A stretch of DNA of 64,000 nucleotides, from the NCBI GenBank assembly GCA_036505635.1, contig DASXTC010000021.1:124032-188031 (forward strand), written 5' to 3'. Below are positions 18,309 to 27,733 of this stretch, one piece after another. The DNA comes from Candidatus Polarisedimenticolia bacterium. GTDB taxonomy: Bacteria > Acidobacteriota > Polarisedimenticolia > JACPZX01 > DASXTC01. The position numbers were made by a program, and so were the translations under genes. Position 1 is the stretch's first letter. Each line of letters opens with the position of its first letter. The notes beneath the pieces are model-generated. The model searched no databases. It saw only the letters and a list, made by a program, of their open reading frames with translations, and was not told the DNA's origin.

Positions 18309-20215
18309 CTGCCCTCCAGGGAAGCGAGCGTCTGGCGGATCCAGTCCGCGCGCGGGTGAGCGGGGTTGAGACGCAGCACCTCATTGAGATGTCGAGACGC
18401 CTCGGGCGCGTCGGGCAGGTCCCGCAGGAGAATGAGCGCCGCTCCGTAGTGGGCGTCGGCCAGAAGGACAGGGTCGATCCCGGCGCCGCCGGTCCGGGAT
18501 CCGCGCAGCGCCTCCTCGACGGCTGCCAGCGCCTCGCGAGGGCGCCCGGCCTTGTGAAGCGTCTCGGCCAGACGCAGCGTCCTTGCGAAGAGATCCCGTC
18601 TAAGATCCGGGTCGGGCGAGACCTCCGCCCTCCTCAGGTGCTCGAGGGTCTCGTCGTCGATCGCTTCGCCGTTCGCGTCGCGGGCCAGCACGATCCCCCA
18701 GTGCGCCGAACCGATGACCCGAAGGCGCTGACCGCTCTCCGGTTCCGTGGGGTGCCCCTCGAGCAGCGAGAGGGTTCTCCGGAACTGGTCCTCCGCCTCC
18801 CGGGCCCGCCCCGCGTGCAGGTACATCTCCCCCAGGATCCCGTGGTTCTGCGCCTCGAAGGCCAGCTCGTTGCCCGGGTCGCGTCCGGCGAAGAGCGCCA
18901 GCGCCGCGACGGCGGCTCCCAACGCCCCGGCCCGGAGCCACGCGCTGTCTCGCACCGCCCGCGCTAGCTCCATCGCCCCGTGAGAGGCGAACAGCGTCAT
19001 GAGCGGCACCATCGGCATCCGGTAGCGATCCTGGGTGAAGAAGAGGAGCGCCGACAGCAGGTAGCAACCCATCGTCGCGTGCAGCGGCAGCAGCTCGGCC
19101 CAGCGCCGGGCCGACAGGGCGAGCCCCGCCAGACCGAGCGGCGCGATCCAGCCGAAGCCGACCAAGGGCAGCCGAAGCAGCGGGAGGAATACGCGGAAGT
19201 TGTAATACGAGTAGTTGTCCGGTCTCTCGTAGGCCGTGAAGTAGGTCGACAGCTTGTCCCAGAGCAGGGCGAGGTACATGGCCGGGTGCCCCGTGATGAA
19301 CCGCATCCCCTCGGCCCACCAGAAGGCATCCGACTCCTTGCGCGTGATGGCGCCGGGCGGACGCCCGAGCCTGCGCGCGGCCTCCGCCCTGAAGTCCTCG
19401 TGCTCGAAGAAGGGATCGGGACGGACGAAGGCGGGGGGCCGGTAATGGCCCGAGGCGTGCTCGTTGTTGCCCGTGTAGAAGACCTCGCCGCCGCCCGAGG
19501 TGATGAGGACGAAGTCGCCCGACAGGGTGTAGTTGCGCAGCGTGGCCGGCGCCACGGTGAGCGCGAAGCCGCCGAGCAGCGCCCCGGCGCACGCCAGACG
19601 CCTTCCCGCCGGCGCCCTGAAGGCGATCCACGCCAGTAGAAAGGGGATCGTGACGTTGATGTTCTCCTGCGCCAGCGCGGTCAGCCCAAGCAGGATCCCG
19701 CCGCACAGAAGCGCGCGCCATCGCGTCCCGCCCGACCAGTACAGGACGGCCGCCGTGGCCGTCGAGAGGGTCACGGTCAGGACCGTCTTCATGATCTGCG
19801 TCTCGTGAAAGAGCGCCGGCCCGTATGCCGCCAGCGCAAGCCCGGCGACGAGCCCCTCCACGCGGCCGAAGGCGCGCGCCCCGAGAAGCGCCACCAGCGC
19901 GCAGGTCCCCGCTCCCAGGAGCGCCTGCAGAAGGCGCGGCGCCATGAGGCCGTAGCCGAACAGCTTGAAGACGCCTCCCAGCGCGTAGGCATACAGAGGC
20001 GTCATCTCGTAGGTTCCCGAGCCGAGCACCTCTCCCTTGGAGATCCTCACCGCCCAGTCGTGGTAATAGAGCGGGTCGAGCCTCAGGTAGTCCCAGAGCC
20101 CCGAAGCGTGAAGCTGCCGGAGGATGACGAGCCGGAGAATCAGGGCCACCGCGAAGACGCCGGCCGGCATGAGGACCCAGCCCGTTTCGCGGCGGGAATG
20201 GAGCGCCAAAGCCAT
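18305..20215 (-). CDS. GT39/ArnT-like membrane glycosyltransferase with C-terminal TPR-like domain
   Basis: 636 aa. N-terminal polytopic domain paralogous to 17160-18308 (GYGLMAPRLLQALLGAGTCALVAL). C-terminal helical repeat region. ATGA-type overlap with the downstream paralog. Confidence 0.7.
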   Translation of the reverse strand: MALALHSRRETGWVLMPAGVFAVALILRLVILRQLHASGLWDYLRLDPLYYHDWAVRISKGEVLGSGTYEMTPLYAYALGGVFKLFGYGLMAPRLLQALLGAGTCALVALLGARAFGRVEGLVAGLALAAYGPALFHETQIMKTVLTVTLSTATAAVLYWSGGTRWRALLCGGILLGLTALAQENINVTIPFLLAWIAFRAPAGRRLACAGALLGGFALTVAPATLRNYTLSGDFVLITSGGGEVFYTGNNEHASGHYRPPAFVRPDPFFEHEDFRAEAARRLGRPPGAITRKESDAFWWAEGMRFITGHPAMYLALLWDKLSTYFTAYERPDNYSYYNFRVFLPLLRLPLVGFGWIAPLGLAGLALSARRWAELLPLHATMGCYLLSALLFFTQDRYRMPMVPLMTLFASHGAMELARAVRDSAWLRAGALGAAVAALALFAGRDPGNELAFEAQNHGILGEMYLHAGRAREAEDQFRRTLSLLEGHPTEPESGQRLRVIGSAHWGIVLARDANGEAIDDETLEHLRRAEVSPDPDLRRDLFARTLRLAETLHKAGRPREALAAVEEALRGSRTGGAGIDPVLLADAHYGAALILLRDLPDAPEASRHLNEVLRLNPAHPRADWIRQTLASLEGR

Positions 20216-20224
20216 ACGACCGCG

Positions 20225-22096
20225 ATGCTATCACATGGTACGATGGCCCCAATGGCGTGCCTGGTCTTTTCGGACAACTCGGGGCGGCAGATCGTCTATT
20301 CGATCGACCGGGACCGCGTGTCGATCGGCCGCAGCAACGACAATGACATCGTGTCGCTCGACCTACGTGTGTCTCGCCATCACGCCAGCATCACGCGCTC
20401 GAGCGACGACGGCGCGTGCTCCATTCGTGACGAAGGAAGCTCGCTGGGCGTCTTCGTCAATCAAAAGCGGGTCACCGATTCGCCGCTGCGCGACGGCGAC
20501 ACCATCAGGATCGGAGACTCGATCTACTCGTTCGTCGACATCCCCGCCAGCCCCCTGGACAGCTACTCGGGGCTTGGCGGCCAGGCGCCCAGCGACGCCG
20601 GGCTGCGCGGCGGGGCGCTGGTGGCGGAGCTGCAGGAGGCGATCGGCTCGCTCCGGCACACGATCCACGACGCGCATTCGGACCGCCGCATCCTGGACCA
20701 GTGCCTCTCGCTCGTGGACGCGCGCCTCGAGAGCCTCCGCCACCACCTCATCCGCATCGAGCGCGGGCGTCTGATGATGCAGACCCTCTACGAGGTCGGC
20801 AAGATCATCAACTCATCCTACGACCGCGCCAACCTGCTCGAGCTGGTCCTCGAGCTGGCGGTCAACGTGGTTCGCGCCGAGCGGGGCTTCCTCACCCTCT
20901 ACGAACCCGGGTCGGGCGCCTTCACGAGGCGGGCCGCGATCAACATGGGCGAGGCGGCCCCGGCCACGCGGGACGTGGCGGACGCCGTCACGACGTTGAC
21001 GGACGCCCCGGCAGAGTCCGCGCGCGCGCCCCTCCCGGCCGGCGGGCGCGGTTTCTCCACCGGGATCGCCCTGACGGTCGCGCGCACGGGCAAGCCTGTC
21101 GTCACCACCGACGCGCAGGCCGACGAGCGGTTCATGCAGATGAACAGCGTCGTCGATCTCAACATCCGGTCCGCGCTCTGCGTGCCGCTGGTGGATCGTT
21201 CCGGCGCGGTGATGGGCGTCCTCTACGTCGACACCCGGGCCTCGATCGTCATGTTCACCAGCGAGGACCAGGACTTCCTGATGGCGTTCGCCAACTACGC
21301 CTCGATCGCCATCGAGAACGCGGCGCTCTTCGCCGAGGCGGGAGCCAGGGCGCGCGTTGAGGAGGAGCTGCGCCAGGCGCGCAAGCTCGACGAGATGAAG
21401 TCGGATATGATCTCGATCGTCTCGCACGACGTCCGCACGCCGTTGACCTCGATCAAGTCGTACGCGGAGATCCTGCACGACGATTTCGATTCGCTCGGCT
21501 CCGATCAGGTGAGGCACTTCCTCGACATCATCAACCGGGAGGCGGACCGCCTCTCCCGGCTCGTGACCACATACCTCGACCTGCAGAAGATCGAGGCGGG
21601 CATGATGCGTCTGACGCTCGCGCCGATCGAGGTGCGCGAACTCATCGAGGAATCGCTCCAGACGTTCGTGGGGACCGCCCTGGACAAGGAGATCGCTCTG
21701 TCCAAACGGGTGGACCCGGGTCTTCCGGCCCTCCAGGGGGACCGGGACCGGCTGCTCCAGGTCCTCGCCAACCTGCTCTCCAACGCGCTGAAGTTCACCC
21801 CCAAGGGGGGCGCGGTCACGGTCGGCGCCTCGACGTCGACGCTGCCGGGCAGCGGCCGGGCGCTCGAGATCACCGTGCGGGACACGGGCGAGGGGATCCC
21901 CCCCGACAAGCTGGACCATCTCTTCCGGCGCTTCGTGCAGATGGGCGAGGGGCGCACCGAGCAGAAGCGCGGCACGGGCCTCGGCCTGGTCTTCTCCAGG
22001 GAGATCGTGGAGCTGCACGGTGGCCGCGTCGGGGTGGCCAGCACACCCGGGGAGGGGACCACCTTCCAGGTGGTCCTGCCGGTGGACGGTCCCTGA
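20225..22096 (+). CDS. FHA-GAF-sensor histidine kinase
   Basis: N-terminal FHA domain (VSIGRSNDNDIVSLDLRVSRHHASI...GSSLGVFVNQKRV). Central GAF domain. HisKA H-box (SIVSHDVRTPLTSI) and HATPase_c (RDTGEGIP...GTGLGL). Start taken at ATG 20225; alternatives are 20243 and 20252. Confidence 0.8.
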   Translation: MLSHGTMAPMACLVFSDNSGRQIVYSIDRDRVSIGRSNDNDIVSLDLRVSRHHASITRSSDDGACSIRDEGSSLGVFVNQKRVTDSPLRDGDTIRIGDSIYSFVDIPASPLDSYSGLGGQAPSDAGLRGGALVAELQEAIGSLRHTIHDAHSDRRILDQCLSLVDARLESLRHHLIRIERGRLMMQTLYEVGKIINSSYDRANLLELVLELAVNVVRAERGFLTLYEPGSGAFTRRAAINMGEAAPATRDVADAVTTLTDAPAESARAPLPAGGRGFSTGIALTVARTGKPVVTTDAQADERFMQMNSVVDLNIRSALCVPLVDRSGAVMGVLYVDTRASIVMFTSEDQDFLMAFANYASIAIENAALFAEAGARARVEEELRQARKLDEMKSDMISIVSHDVRTPLTSIKSYAEILHDDFDSLGSDQVRHFLDIINREADRLSRLVTTYLDLQKIEAGMMRLTLAPIEVRELIEESLQTFVGTALDKEIALSKRVDPGLPALQGDRDRLLQVLANLLSNALKFTPKGGAVTVGASTSTLPGSGRALEITVRDTGEGIPPDKLDHLFRRFVQMGEGRTEQKRGTGLGLVFSREIVELHGGRVGVASTPGEGTTFQVVLPVDGP

Positions 22097-22208
22097 GACC
22101 GCGCTCGCGGCGCCTGTCGCGCTCCCGGCGGGGCCCTGGTCATGACAGCGCCACCGGCATGAGTTATCATCGCGCCCCGGTCAGGCTGCCCGCCGGGGAG
22201 AGGAGCTC

Positions 22209-22622
22209 ATGAGGACCGTCGAAGAACTGATGACGCGAAAGCTGCTCACGATGGACGAGGACCAGACCCTCCGCGAGGCCATGGCCATGATGCAGAGACA
22301 TCGCGTCAGGCACCTGCCCGTGATGAAGGGGGGCAGGCTCTCGGGGATCCTCACGGACCGCGACGTCAAACGCGCCACGCCGTCTCTGCTTACCGGGGTC
22401 AGCCAGGAGGAGTTCGACCGGGTCCTCTCCGAGACCAGTGTTTCCCACGTGATGACGCGCAATCCCTACACCGTCACGCCGTCGACGAGCCTGAAGGACG
22501 CCGTCAAGATCCTGATCGACCGCAGGTTCAGCTCGCTTCCCGTCGTCGAGGCGAACAAGCTCGTCGGAATTCTCACGATCACCGATCTCCTCCGCGCCCT
22601 CCACGAGACACTCGAGGACTGA
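22209..22622 (+). CDS. CBS-domain pair protein
   Basis: 137 aa with two CBS motifs (LMTRKLLTM..., HVMTRNPYTV...). Confidence 0.8.
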   Translation: MRTVEELMTRKLLTMDEDQTLREAMAMMQRHRVRHLPVMKGGRLSGILTDRDVKRATPSLLTGVSQEEFDRVLSETSVSHVMTRNPYTVTPSTSLKDAVKILIDRRFSSLPVVEANKLVGILTITDLLRALHETLED

Positions 22623-24034
22623 TGGCCGTCCCGCTCAAGAGGGGCCAGACACCCGAGGTGCGCGTCGAGGATCTCGCCTTCGGCGGCAAGGGGGTGGGCC
22701 GCGTGGAAGGGTTCGTCGTGCTGGTGGACGGGGGGCTCCCGGGCGATCTCGTCAAGGTGCGCGTCGAGAAGGTGCGTGGCAACTACGCCGAGGGGCGTGC
22801 CGTCGAGCTGATCGAGCCTTCGCCGGACCGCGTGCCGGCGCGCTGCGAGCACTTCGGCGTCTGCGGCGGCTGCCGCTGGCAGAACCTCCCCTACGGGATC
22901 CAGCTCGACTACAAGCGCAGGCAGGTGGTGGAGGCGCTCCGCCGACTCGGCGGGATCCCCGACCCGCCCGTGGAGCCGACGCTGCCGTCCCCCGATGAGT
23001 ACTTCTACCGGAACAAGATGGAGTTCTCCTTCGGCCGCAATGAGGGCGGCAATCTCACTCTCGGGCTGCACCCGGCCGCCAGCTACACCGATGTCTTCGA
23101 CCTGCGCCGATGCCACCTCGAGTCGGACCTGTCGAACGAGATCGTGGCCGAGGTCCGCCAGGAGTGCCGCCGCGCGGGGTTGCCCGCCTACGACGTGAGG
23201 CAGCACACGGGGTTCCTGCGCTATCTGACGGTGCGGGAGGGCAAGTTCAGCGGCGAGGTGATGGTCAACGTCGTCACCGGCGACGGCGGCGCGCGCGACG
23301 CCGAGTGGTCGGCCGAGATGAAGGGGATGGCGGCGCGCATCGCAGCGGCGCACCCTCAGATCAAGTCGTTCCTCCGCAGCGTCAACGCGAGCCGCGCCAC
23401 CGTGGCCTTCGGCCAGCGCGAAGAGGTGCTGTGGGGACAGGGGGCCATCCACGAGACCCTTCTGGAACGGACGTTCGAGATCACGGCCAACTCGTTCTTC
23501 CAGACCAACTCCAGGCAGGCCGTACGGCTCTACGGGTCCGTGCTCGAGACGGCCGGGCTGACGCGCGAGGACCGGGTTCTCGATCTCTACTCGGGCACCG
23601 GGGCGATCTCGATCCTGGCGGCGTCCCGGGCCGCGGAGGTGCGGGGGGTGGAATCGCTGGCCGAGTCGGTGCGCAACGCCGAGCGCAACGCGGCGCTCAA
23701 CTCCGTCAGCAACGTCTATTTCATATGCGGGGAGGCGAAAAAGGCGCTGGCCGCGATGGCGGGCGACCGGCGTCCCCCGACCGTGGTGATCGTCAACCCA
23801 CCGCGCGCGGGGCTCAACTCCGCCGTCATCCGCGGCGTGCTGAGGCTGCGGCCGCGACGCATCGTCTACGTGTCGTGCAACCCCACCACCCTCGCGAGGG
23901 ATCTCAAGGAGATCACGGAGCGCGACTACAAGCTGACCTCCGTGCGGCCCGTGGACATGTTCCCCCACACCTGGCACATCGAGTGCGTGGCAGGCATCGA
24001 CCTGACCGCCGCGCCCCCGGCGCCTTCCGGGTGA
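22622..24034 (+). CDS. rlmD: 23S rRNA (uracil-C5)-methyltransferase, RlmD/RumA family
   Basis: N-terminal TRAM-like domain. Fe-S cysteines CEHFGVCGGCRWQ. C-terminal SAM methyltransferase fold (LDLYSGTGAISI, nucleophile region VSCNPTT). Confidence 0.8.
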   Translation: MAVPLKRGQTPEVRVEDLAFGGKGVGRVEGFVVLVDGGLPGDLVKVRVEKVRGNYAEGRAVELIEPSPDRVPARCEHFGVCGGCRWQNLPYGIQLDYKRRQVVEALRRLGGIPDPPVEPTLPSPDEYFYRNKMEFSFGRNEGGNLTLGLHPAASYTDVFDLRRCHLESDLSNEIVAEVRQECRRAGLPAYDVRQHTGFLRYLTVREGKFSGEVMVNVVTGDGGARDAEWSAEMKGMAARIAAAHPQIKSFLRSVNASRATVAFGQREEVLWGQGAIHETLLERTFEITANSFFQTNSRQAVRLYGSVLETAGLTREDRVLDLYSGTGAISILAASRAAEVRGVESLAESVRNAERNAALNSVSNVYFICGEAKKALAAMAGDRRPPTVVIVNPPRAGLNSAVIRGVLRLRPRRIVYVSCNPTTLARDLKEITERDYKLTSVRPVDMFPHTWHIECVAGIDLTAAPPAPSG

Positions 24035-24089
24035 GCCGGCCCATCGGGCTTTGACTCACCTTCCCCGCGTATGTTTAGATCCTCCGCCT

Positions 24090-24278
24090 ATGCCGAACAG
24101 CAGCGGGACGTGGAAGACGGGCGAGAGGTGCATCCAGGCGGGCACCTACGAGTGCCTCAACTGCCGGCACCTGGGAGCCACCACTCACATCACCGTCGAG
24201 CCCGGCACGATTTTCCCCTACTGCACCGTCTGTAACCTGAAGGACAACACCTACAAGCTCCTTCCCAGGAAGCGGTGA
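24090..24278 (+). CDS. small Cys-rich zinc-ribbon protein
   Basis: 62 aa with C-x7-C-x2-C ... C-x2-C spacing (ERCIQAGTYECLNC ... YCTVCN). Confidence 0.4.
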   Translation: MPNSSGTWKTGERCIQAGTYECLNCRHLGATTHITVEPGTIFPYCTVCNLKDNTYKLLPRKR

Positions 24279-24361
24279 GCGCACGCTCCTCGAAGGGGCC
24301 CGGAAAGACCGCGGGGGCGGGTGCGCGGTCGGCCCCCCCGGCAAGCGCGACCACCGCCGGC

Positions 24362-26725
24362 ATGCGGCCGAGGTCCCGCCCGCTCATGGCGGGGATCCTC
24401 GCCGGCCTCGCGGCCGGTGGCTTCCTCCTCTACCTGTACTTCGGCGCGGGCCCCGCGCGCTTCAGCGGTCCCACCGGCGACTCCAGCGTGCTGCTCATCA
24501 CGATCGATACCCTGCGCGCCGACCATCTGGGGGCCTACGGTGACCGCGACGTCCGAACCCCCTTCATCGACACGCTGGCCGACGAGGGGGTGCTGTTCGA
24601 GAACGCCATCACGCCCGCCATCATGACTCTCCCCTCGCACGCCTCGATCCTGACGGGGACCTGGCCCCCCACGCATGGCATCCGCAACAACGGCGATTAC
24701 CGTCTGAGCCCCGGCGCCCTGACGCTGGCCGAGGTGCTGCGCGCGCGCGGACTCAGGACCGGCGCGGTGGTGGGCTCCTTCGTGCTCGACTCGATGTTCG
24801 GGCTCGACCAGGGGTTCGAGTCATACGACGACGCGCTGCCCGCGCGGTCGTCCAACCAGACCTTCTTCGCGGAGCGGCCGGCAGGCGCCGTCACCGACGC
24901 GGCGCTGAGATATCTCGGTTCGGTGAGGCCCGCGCGATTCTTCCTCTGGGTCCATTTCTTCGACCCTCATCATCCGTACACCGCGCCCACCTCCTGGCGC
25001 GAGCAGTACCCCCGCAGCGGATACGACGCCGAGATCGCCTACGTGGACTCCGAGATCGGACGGCTACTGGCCGGCATGAAGGAGATGGGGATCCGGGACA
25101 AGACACTGGTCGTGCTGGCGGCCGATCACGGCGAGGGGCTCGGGGACCACGGCGAGGAGTCGCACGGCGTGCTCCCCTACGAGGAGGAGACGCGCGTCCC
25201 GCTCATCTTCTCTCTGGCTCCGCACCTGCCGGCGGGACGCCGCGTGAAGGGGGTGGTCAGGACCGTGGACATCATGCCCACGATCCTTGAGCTCCTGAGG
25301 ATCGACCCCGAGGGAGCGGCTGCCCCCGTGCAAGGCACGCCTCTGTGGCGCCTGATGGCCGACGCGAAGGGGACGATGCCGGGCCTGCCGGCATACGCGG
25401 AGGCGATGGCGCCGCTGCTGTTGTATGGGTGGAGTCCCCTGACTGTGGTGCGGGACGACCGCTACAAGTACATCGAGGGGCCCCGACCCGAGCTGTTCGA
25501 CCTGGTCGCCGACCCTCGGGAGAAGAACGACCTGTACGCCGCGCGGGCGGACCTGGCGGCGCAGTACAAGACGAAGCTGGAGTCGCTGCGCCGGGAGGTC
25601 ACGCGAGAGGGGGCGGGAGCCGAGACGATCGCGCCCGACCCAGAGACGGAGGCGAGGCTGCGCTCCCTGGGCTACGCGACGGGAGGGGGCGCACGCCCGC
25701 CGGACTCCGGCGCGGGGGCCCTTCCCGATCCCAGGCAGATGGTGCCGGCCCTGGAGAAGATCAACCGAGTCTACGCCGCGTTTGGCTCCGGGCAGTACGA
25801 CGCCGCGGCGGCCGAGGCGCGGGAGATCCTGGCCGAGCATCCCGAGAACCGCTCGGTGCGCTTCTATCTGGCCGGGGCGCTCATGGAGACGGGACGCCAC
25901 GCCGAGGCGGCGCAGGAGTACCGGAAGATCCTCGACGCCTCCCCGAAGGACACCGAGGCGATGTCGAACCTCGGCTGGTGCCTGACCAACATGCAGCGCT
26001 TCGACGAGGCGACCGAGACGTTCCAGCGGGTGCTGGAGTTCTTCCCGGACCATATCTACGCGAAGGCGAGCCTGGCCAACATCGCCTTCATCAAGGGGGA
26101 CTACCGGGAGGCGTCACGTCTCTACAAGGAGGTCCTGCGCATCGAGCCCAACCACATGCCCTCGATCAAGACGATGGCAAAGATGTTCGAGGAGACGGGC
26201 AAGCTCGACGAGGCGGCGGTCTTCTGGGAGCACGCCACCGATGTGGACCCCGGCAACGTCGATGTGTGGATGAGCCTCGGGTGGGTCCGGTTCCAGCAGG
26301 GGAGGAACGACGACGCGCTGGCCGTGCTGGACCGCGCGAAGGAGCTCGCCCCCGACGCGCCCGAGCTTCTCGCGGCGGCAGGGGACGTGCGACTCGCGAT
26401 GGGGAAGATCGAGGAGGCCCGCGCGGACTACCAGCGGGCCATCCACCTGGCGCCGCGGCTGGCCGCCGGCTACTACGGGCTCGGGATCATCGAGGGGAAG
26501 CTGGGAGATCCCTTCAAGGCGCTCGACCTGGTCGCGCGCGCCGTGTTGCTCAACCCCGACAAGGTCGAATGGCGCGTCGACCTGGCCCACGCGCTGGTCC
26601 GGATCGGGCGCTACGGCGCCGCGGCCACCGAGCTTCAGAAGTACCTCGCGTCGGGCCAGGTCCCGCCCGAGCAGACGGAGAAGCTGCGCCAGGAGATCGA
26701 GAAGTACCGGCGCCAGCGAGGCTGA
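24362..26725 (+). CDS. sulfatase-like hydrolase/transferase (alkaline-phosphatase superfamily) fused to C-terminal TPR repeats
   Basis: N-terminal TM segment, then LLITIDTLRADHLGAYGD and LAADHGEGLGDHGE metal-site motifs. No C/S-x-P-x-R formylglycine motif. The C-terminal third is TPR-like repeats. Confidence 0.75.
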   Translation: MRPRSRPLMAGILAGLAAGGFLLYLYFGAGPARFSGPTGDSSVLLITIDTLRADHLGAYGDRDVRTPFIDTLADEGVLFENAITPAIMTLPSHASILTGTWPPTHGIRNNGDYRLSPGALTLAEVLRARGLRTGAVVGSFVLDSMFGLDQGFESYDDALPARSSNQTFFAERPAGAVTDAALRYLGSVRPARFFLWVHFFDPHHPYTAPTSWREQYPRSGYDAEIAYVDSEIGRLLAGMKEMGIRDKTLVVLAADHGEGLGDHGEESHGVLPYEEETRVPLIFSLAPHLPAGRRVKGVVRTVDIMPTILELLRIDPEGAAAPVQGTPLWRLMADAKGTMPGLPAYAEAMAPLLLYGWSPLTVVRDDRYKYIEGPRPELFDLVADPREKNDLYAARADLAAQYKTKLESLRREVTREGAGAETIAPDPETEARLRSLGYATGGGARPPDSGAGALPDPRQMVPALEKINRVYAAFGSGQYDAAAAEAREILAEHPENRSVRFYLAGALMETGRHAEAAQEYRKILDASPKDTEAMSNLGWCLTNMQRFDEATETFQRVLEFFPDHIYAKASLANIAFIKGDYREASRLYKEVLRIEPNHMPSIKTMAKMFEETGKLDEAAVFWEHATDVDPGNVDVWMSLGWVRFQQGRNDDALAVLDRAKELAPDAPELLAAAGDVRLAMGKIEEARADYQRAIHLAPRLAAGYYGLGIIEGKLGDPFKALDLVARAVLLNPDKVEWRVDLAHALVRIGRYGAAATELQKYLASGQVPPEQTEKLRQEIEKYRRQRG

Positions 26726-26735
26726 GCCCCCCGAG

Positions 26736-27575
26736 TCATCCTCTCGGATAGAGCGCCACGACCGCCGGCAGCTTCACGCGCAGGCCGGGCACCGAGTGGT
26801 CGCCCCGTCCGTCCACGTGCCACTGGCCGAAGGCGAGGTAATCGAAGCCGCCGGCGCGCAGGCTCATCTGGGACTCGAAGCCGCCGTCCAGCGACATCGC
26901 CTGCCGCACGTCGAGCGCCGGGTCCCCCGCGAGGCGGTCGGCCAGCTCCCAGAGAGTCCAGGCCCCCGCGGTGACGAGGATCAGCACGCGCTCCCGCCGG
27001 TCGACGGCCACGACGGTTCGATTGGCGTGCCACTCGCTGCGGCGGACGCGCTTCAGCCCGTCGCGGTCGAGGATCATGAACGACTGGAGCACCACCTGAT
27101 ACGGCGTCGTCGCGGGGTCGAACGGGTCGTGATCGAGATCGAGGATCGCCAGCTTCGGCCGCGCCCCTCCCGCCGCGCCCGCGGGCTCGGCCGCGAGGAT
27201 CCCCTTCCACGCCGTGATGCGGCGGGTGCCGAGGTTGCGTCCGTCCTTGACGAAGAGCCCCATCGGCCGGTGGTCCGGGTAGTACTGGCTCGCGTTGAAG
27301 ACGACGGCCGCCCCCGTCCTGGCGCGCCACTCATCGGCGTCGCGCCCGCCGCGGACGTTCGGATCCTCCGAGGCGTGATGAAGGTCGAGCCTCCAGAGCC
27401 CGGGTTCCACCCTGACGATGGCGATGTCGCGCGATCCCTTCCGGCAGCCCGCCCCGCCGTCGATCATCCGGAACTCGAGCCCCGGCGCCAGTGTCCGCCA
27501 GGGGGCCGGTGCCGTCGGCGCGCCAGGAAGGGCGAGGAGGACCAGGCTCAGAATGGCGATCCCGGGCAACCGCAT
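26736..27575 (-). CDS. secreted phosphodiester glycosidase-like (NAGPA/DUF2233 family) protein
   Basis: Start at MRLPGIAILSLVLLALPGAP (signal peptide). Remainder consistent with the DUF2233 beta-rich fold. Confidence 0.55.
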   Translation of the reverse strand: MRLPGIAILSLVLLALPGAPTAPAPWRTLAPGLEFRMIDGGAGCRKGSRDIAIVRVEPGLWRLDLHHASEDPNVRGGRDADEWRARTGAAVVFNASQYYPDHRPMGLFVKDGRNLGTRRITAWKGILAAEPAGAAGGARPKLAILDLDHDPFDPATTPYQVVLQSFMILDRDGLKRVRRSEWHANRTVVAVDRRERVLILVTAGAWTLWELADRLAGDPALDVRQAMSLDGGFESQMSLRAGGFDYLAFGQWHVDGRGDHSVPGLRVKLPAVVALYPRG

Positions 27576-27733
27576 CGACGAACCCCTCCTCCTGCCGGCG
27601 GGAGCATGTTCCGACAAATGGATGCCGGGTTGCAAGCGGCCCCGAGGCGGGACCCGGAATCTTTCTCCTTGCGACTCCATAACTTACAGGTGTATTCTCG
27701 GCAATAGACCCTTCGCGACCGGAGAGATCGCCG

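Noticed and set aside
16771-18384. 537-aa minus ORF overlapping both the VOC gene and the GT39 gene
   Set aside because: Different frame from the GT39 gene, which has coherent TM helices. Arg-rich artefact.
18600-20252. 550-aa minus ORF in an alternative frame of the TPR-glycosyltransferase gene
   Set aside because: Low-complexity Arg/Gly/Ala translation, whereas the 18305-20215 frame gives a coherent polytopic plus TPR protein.
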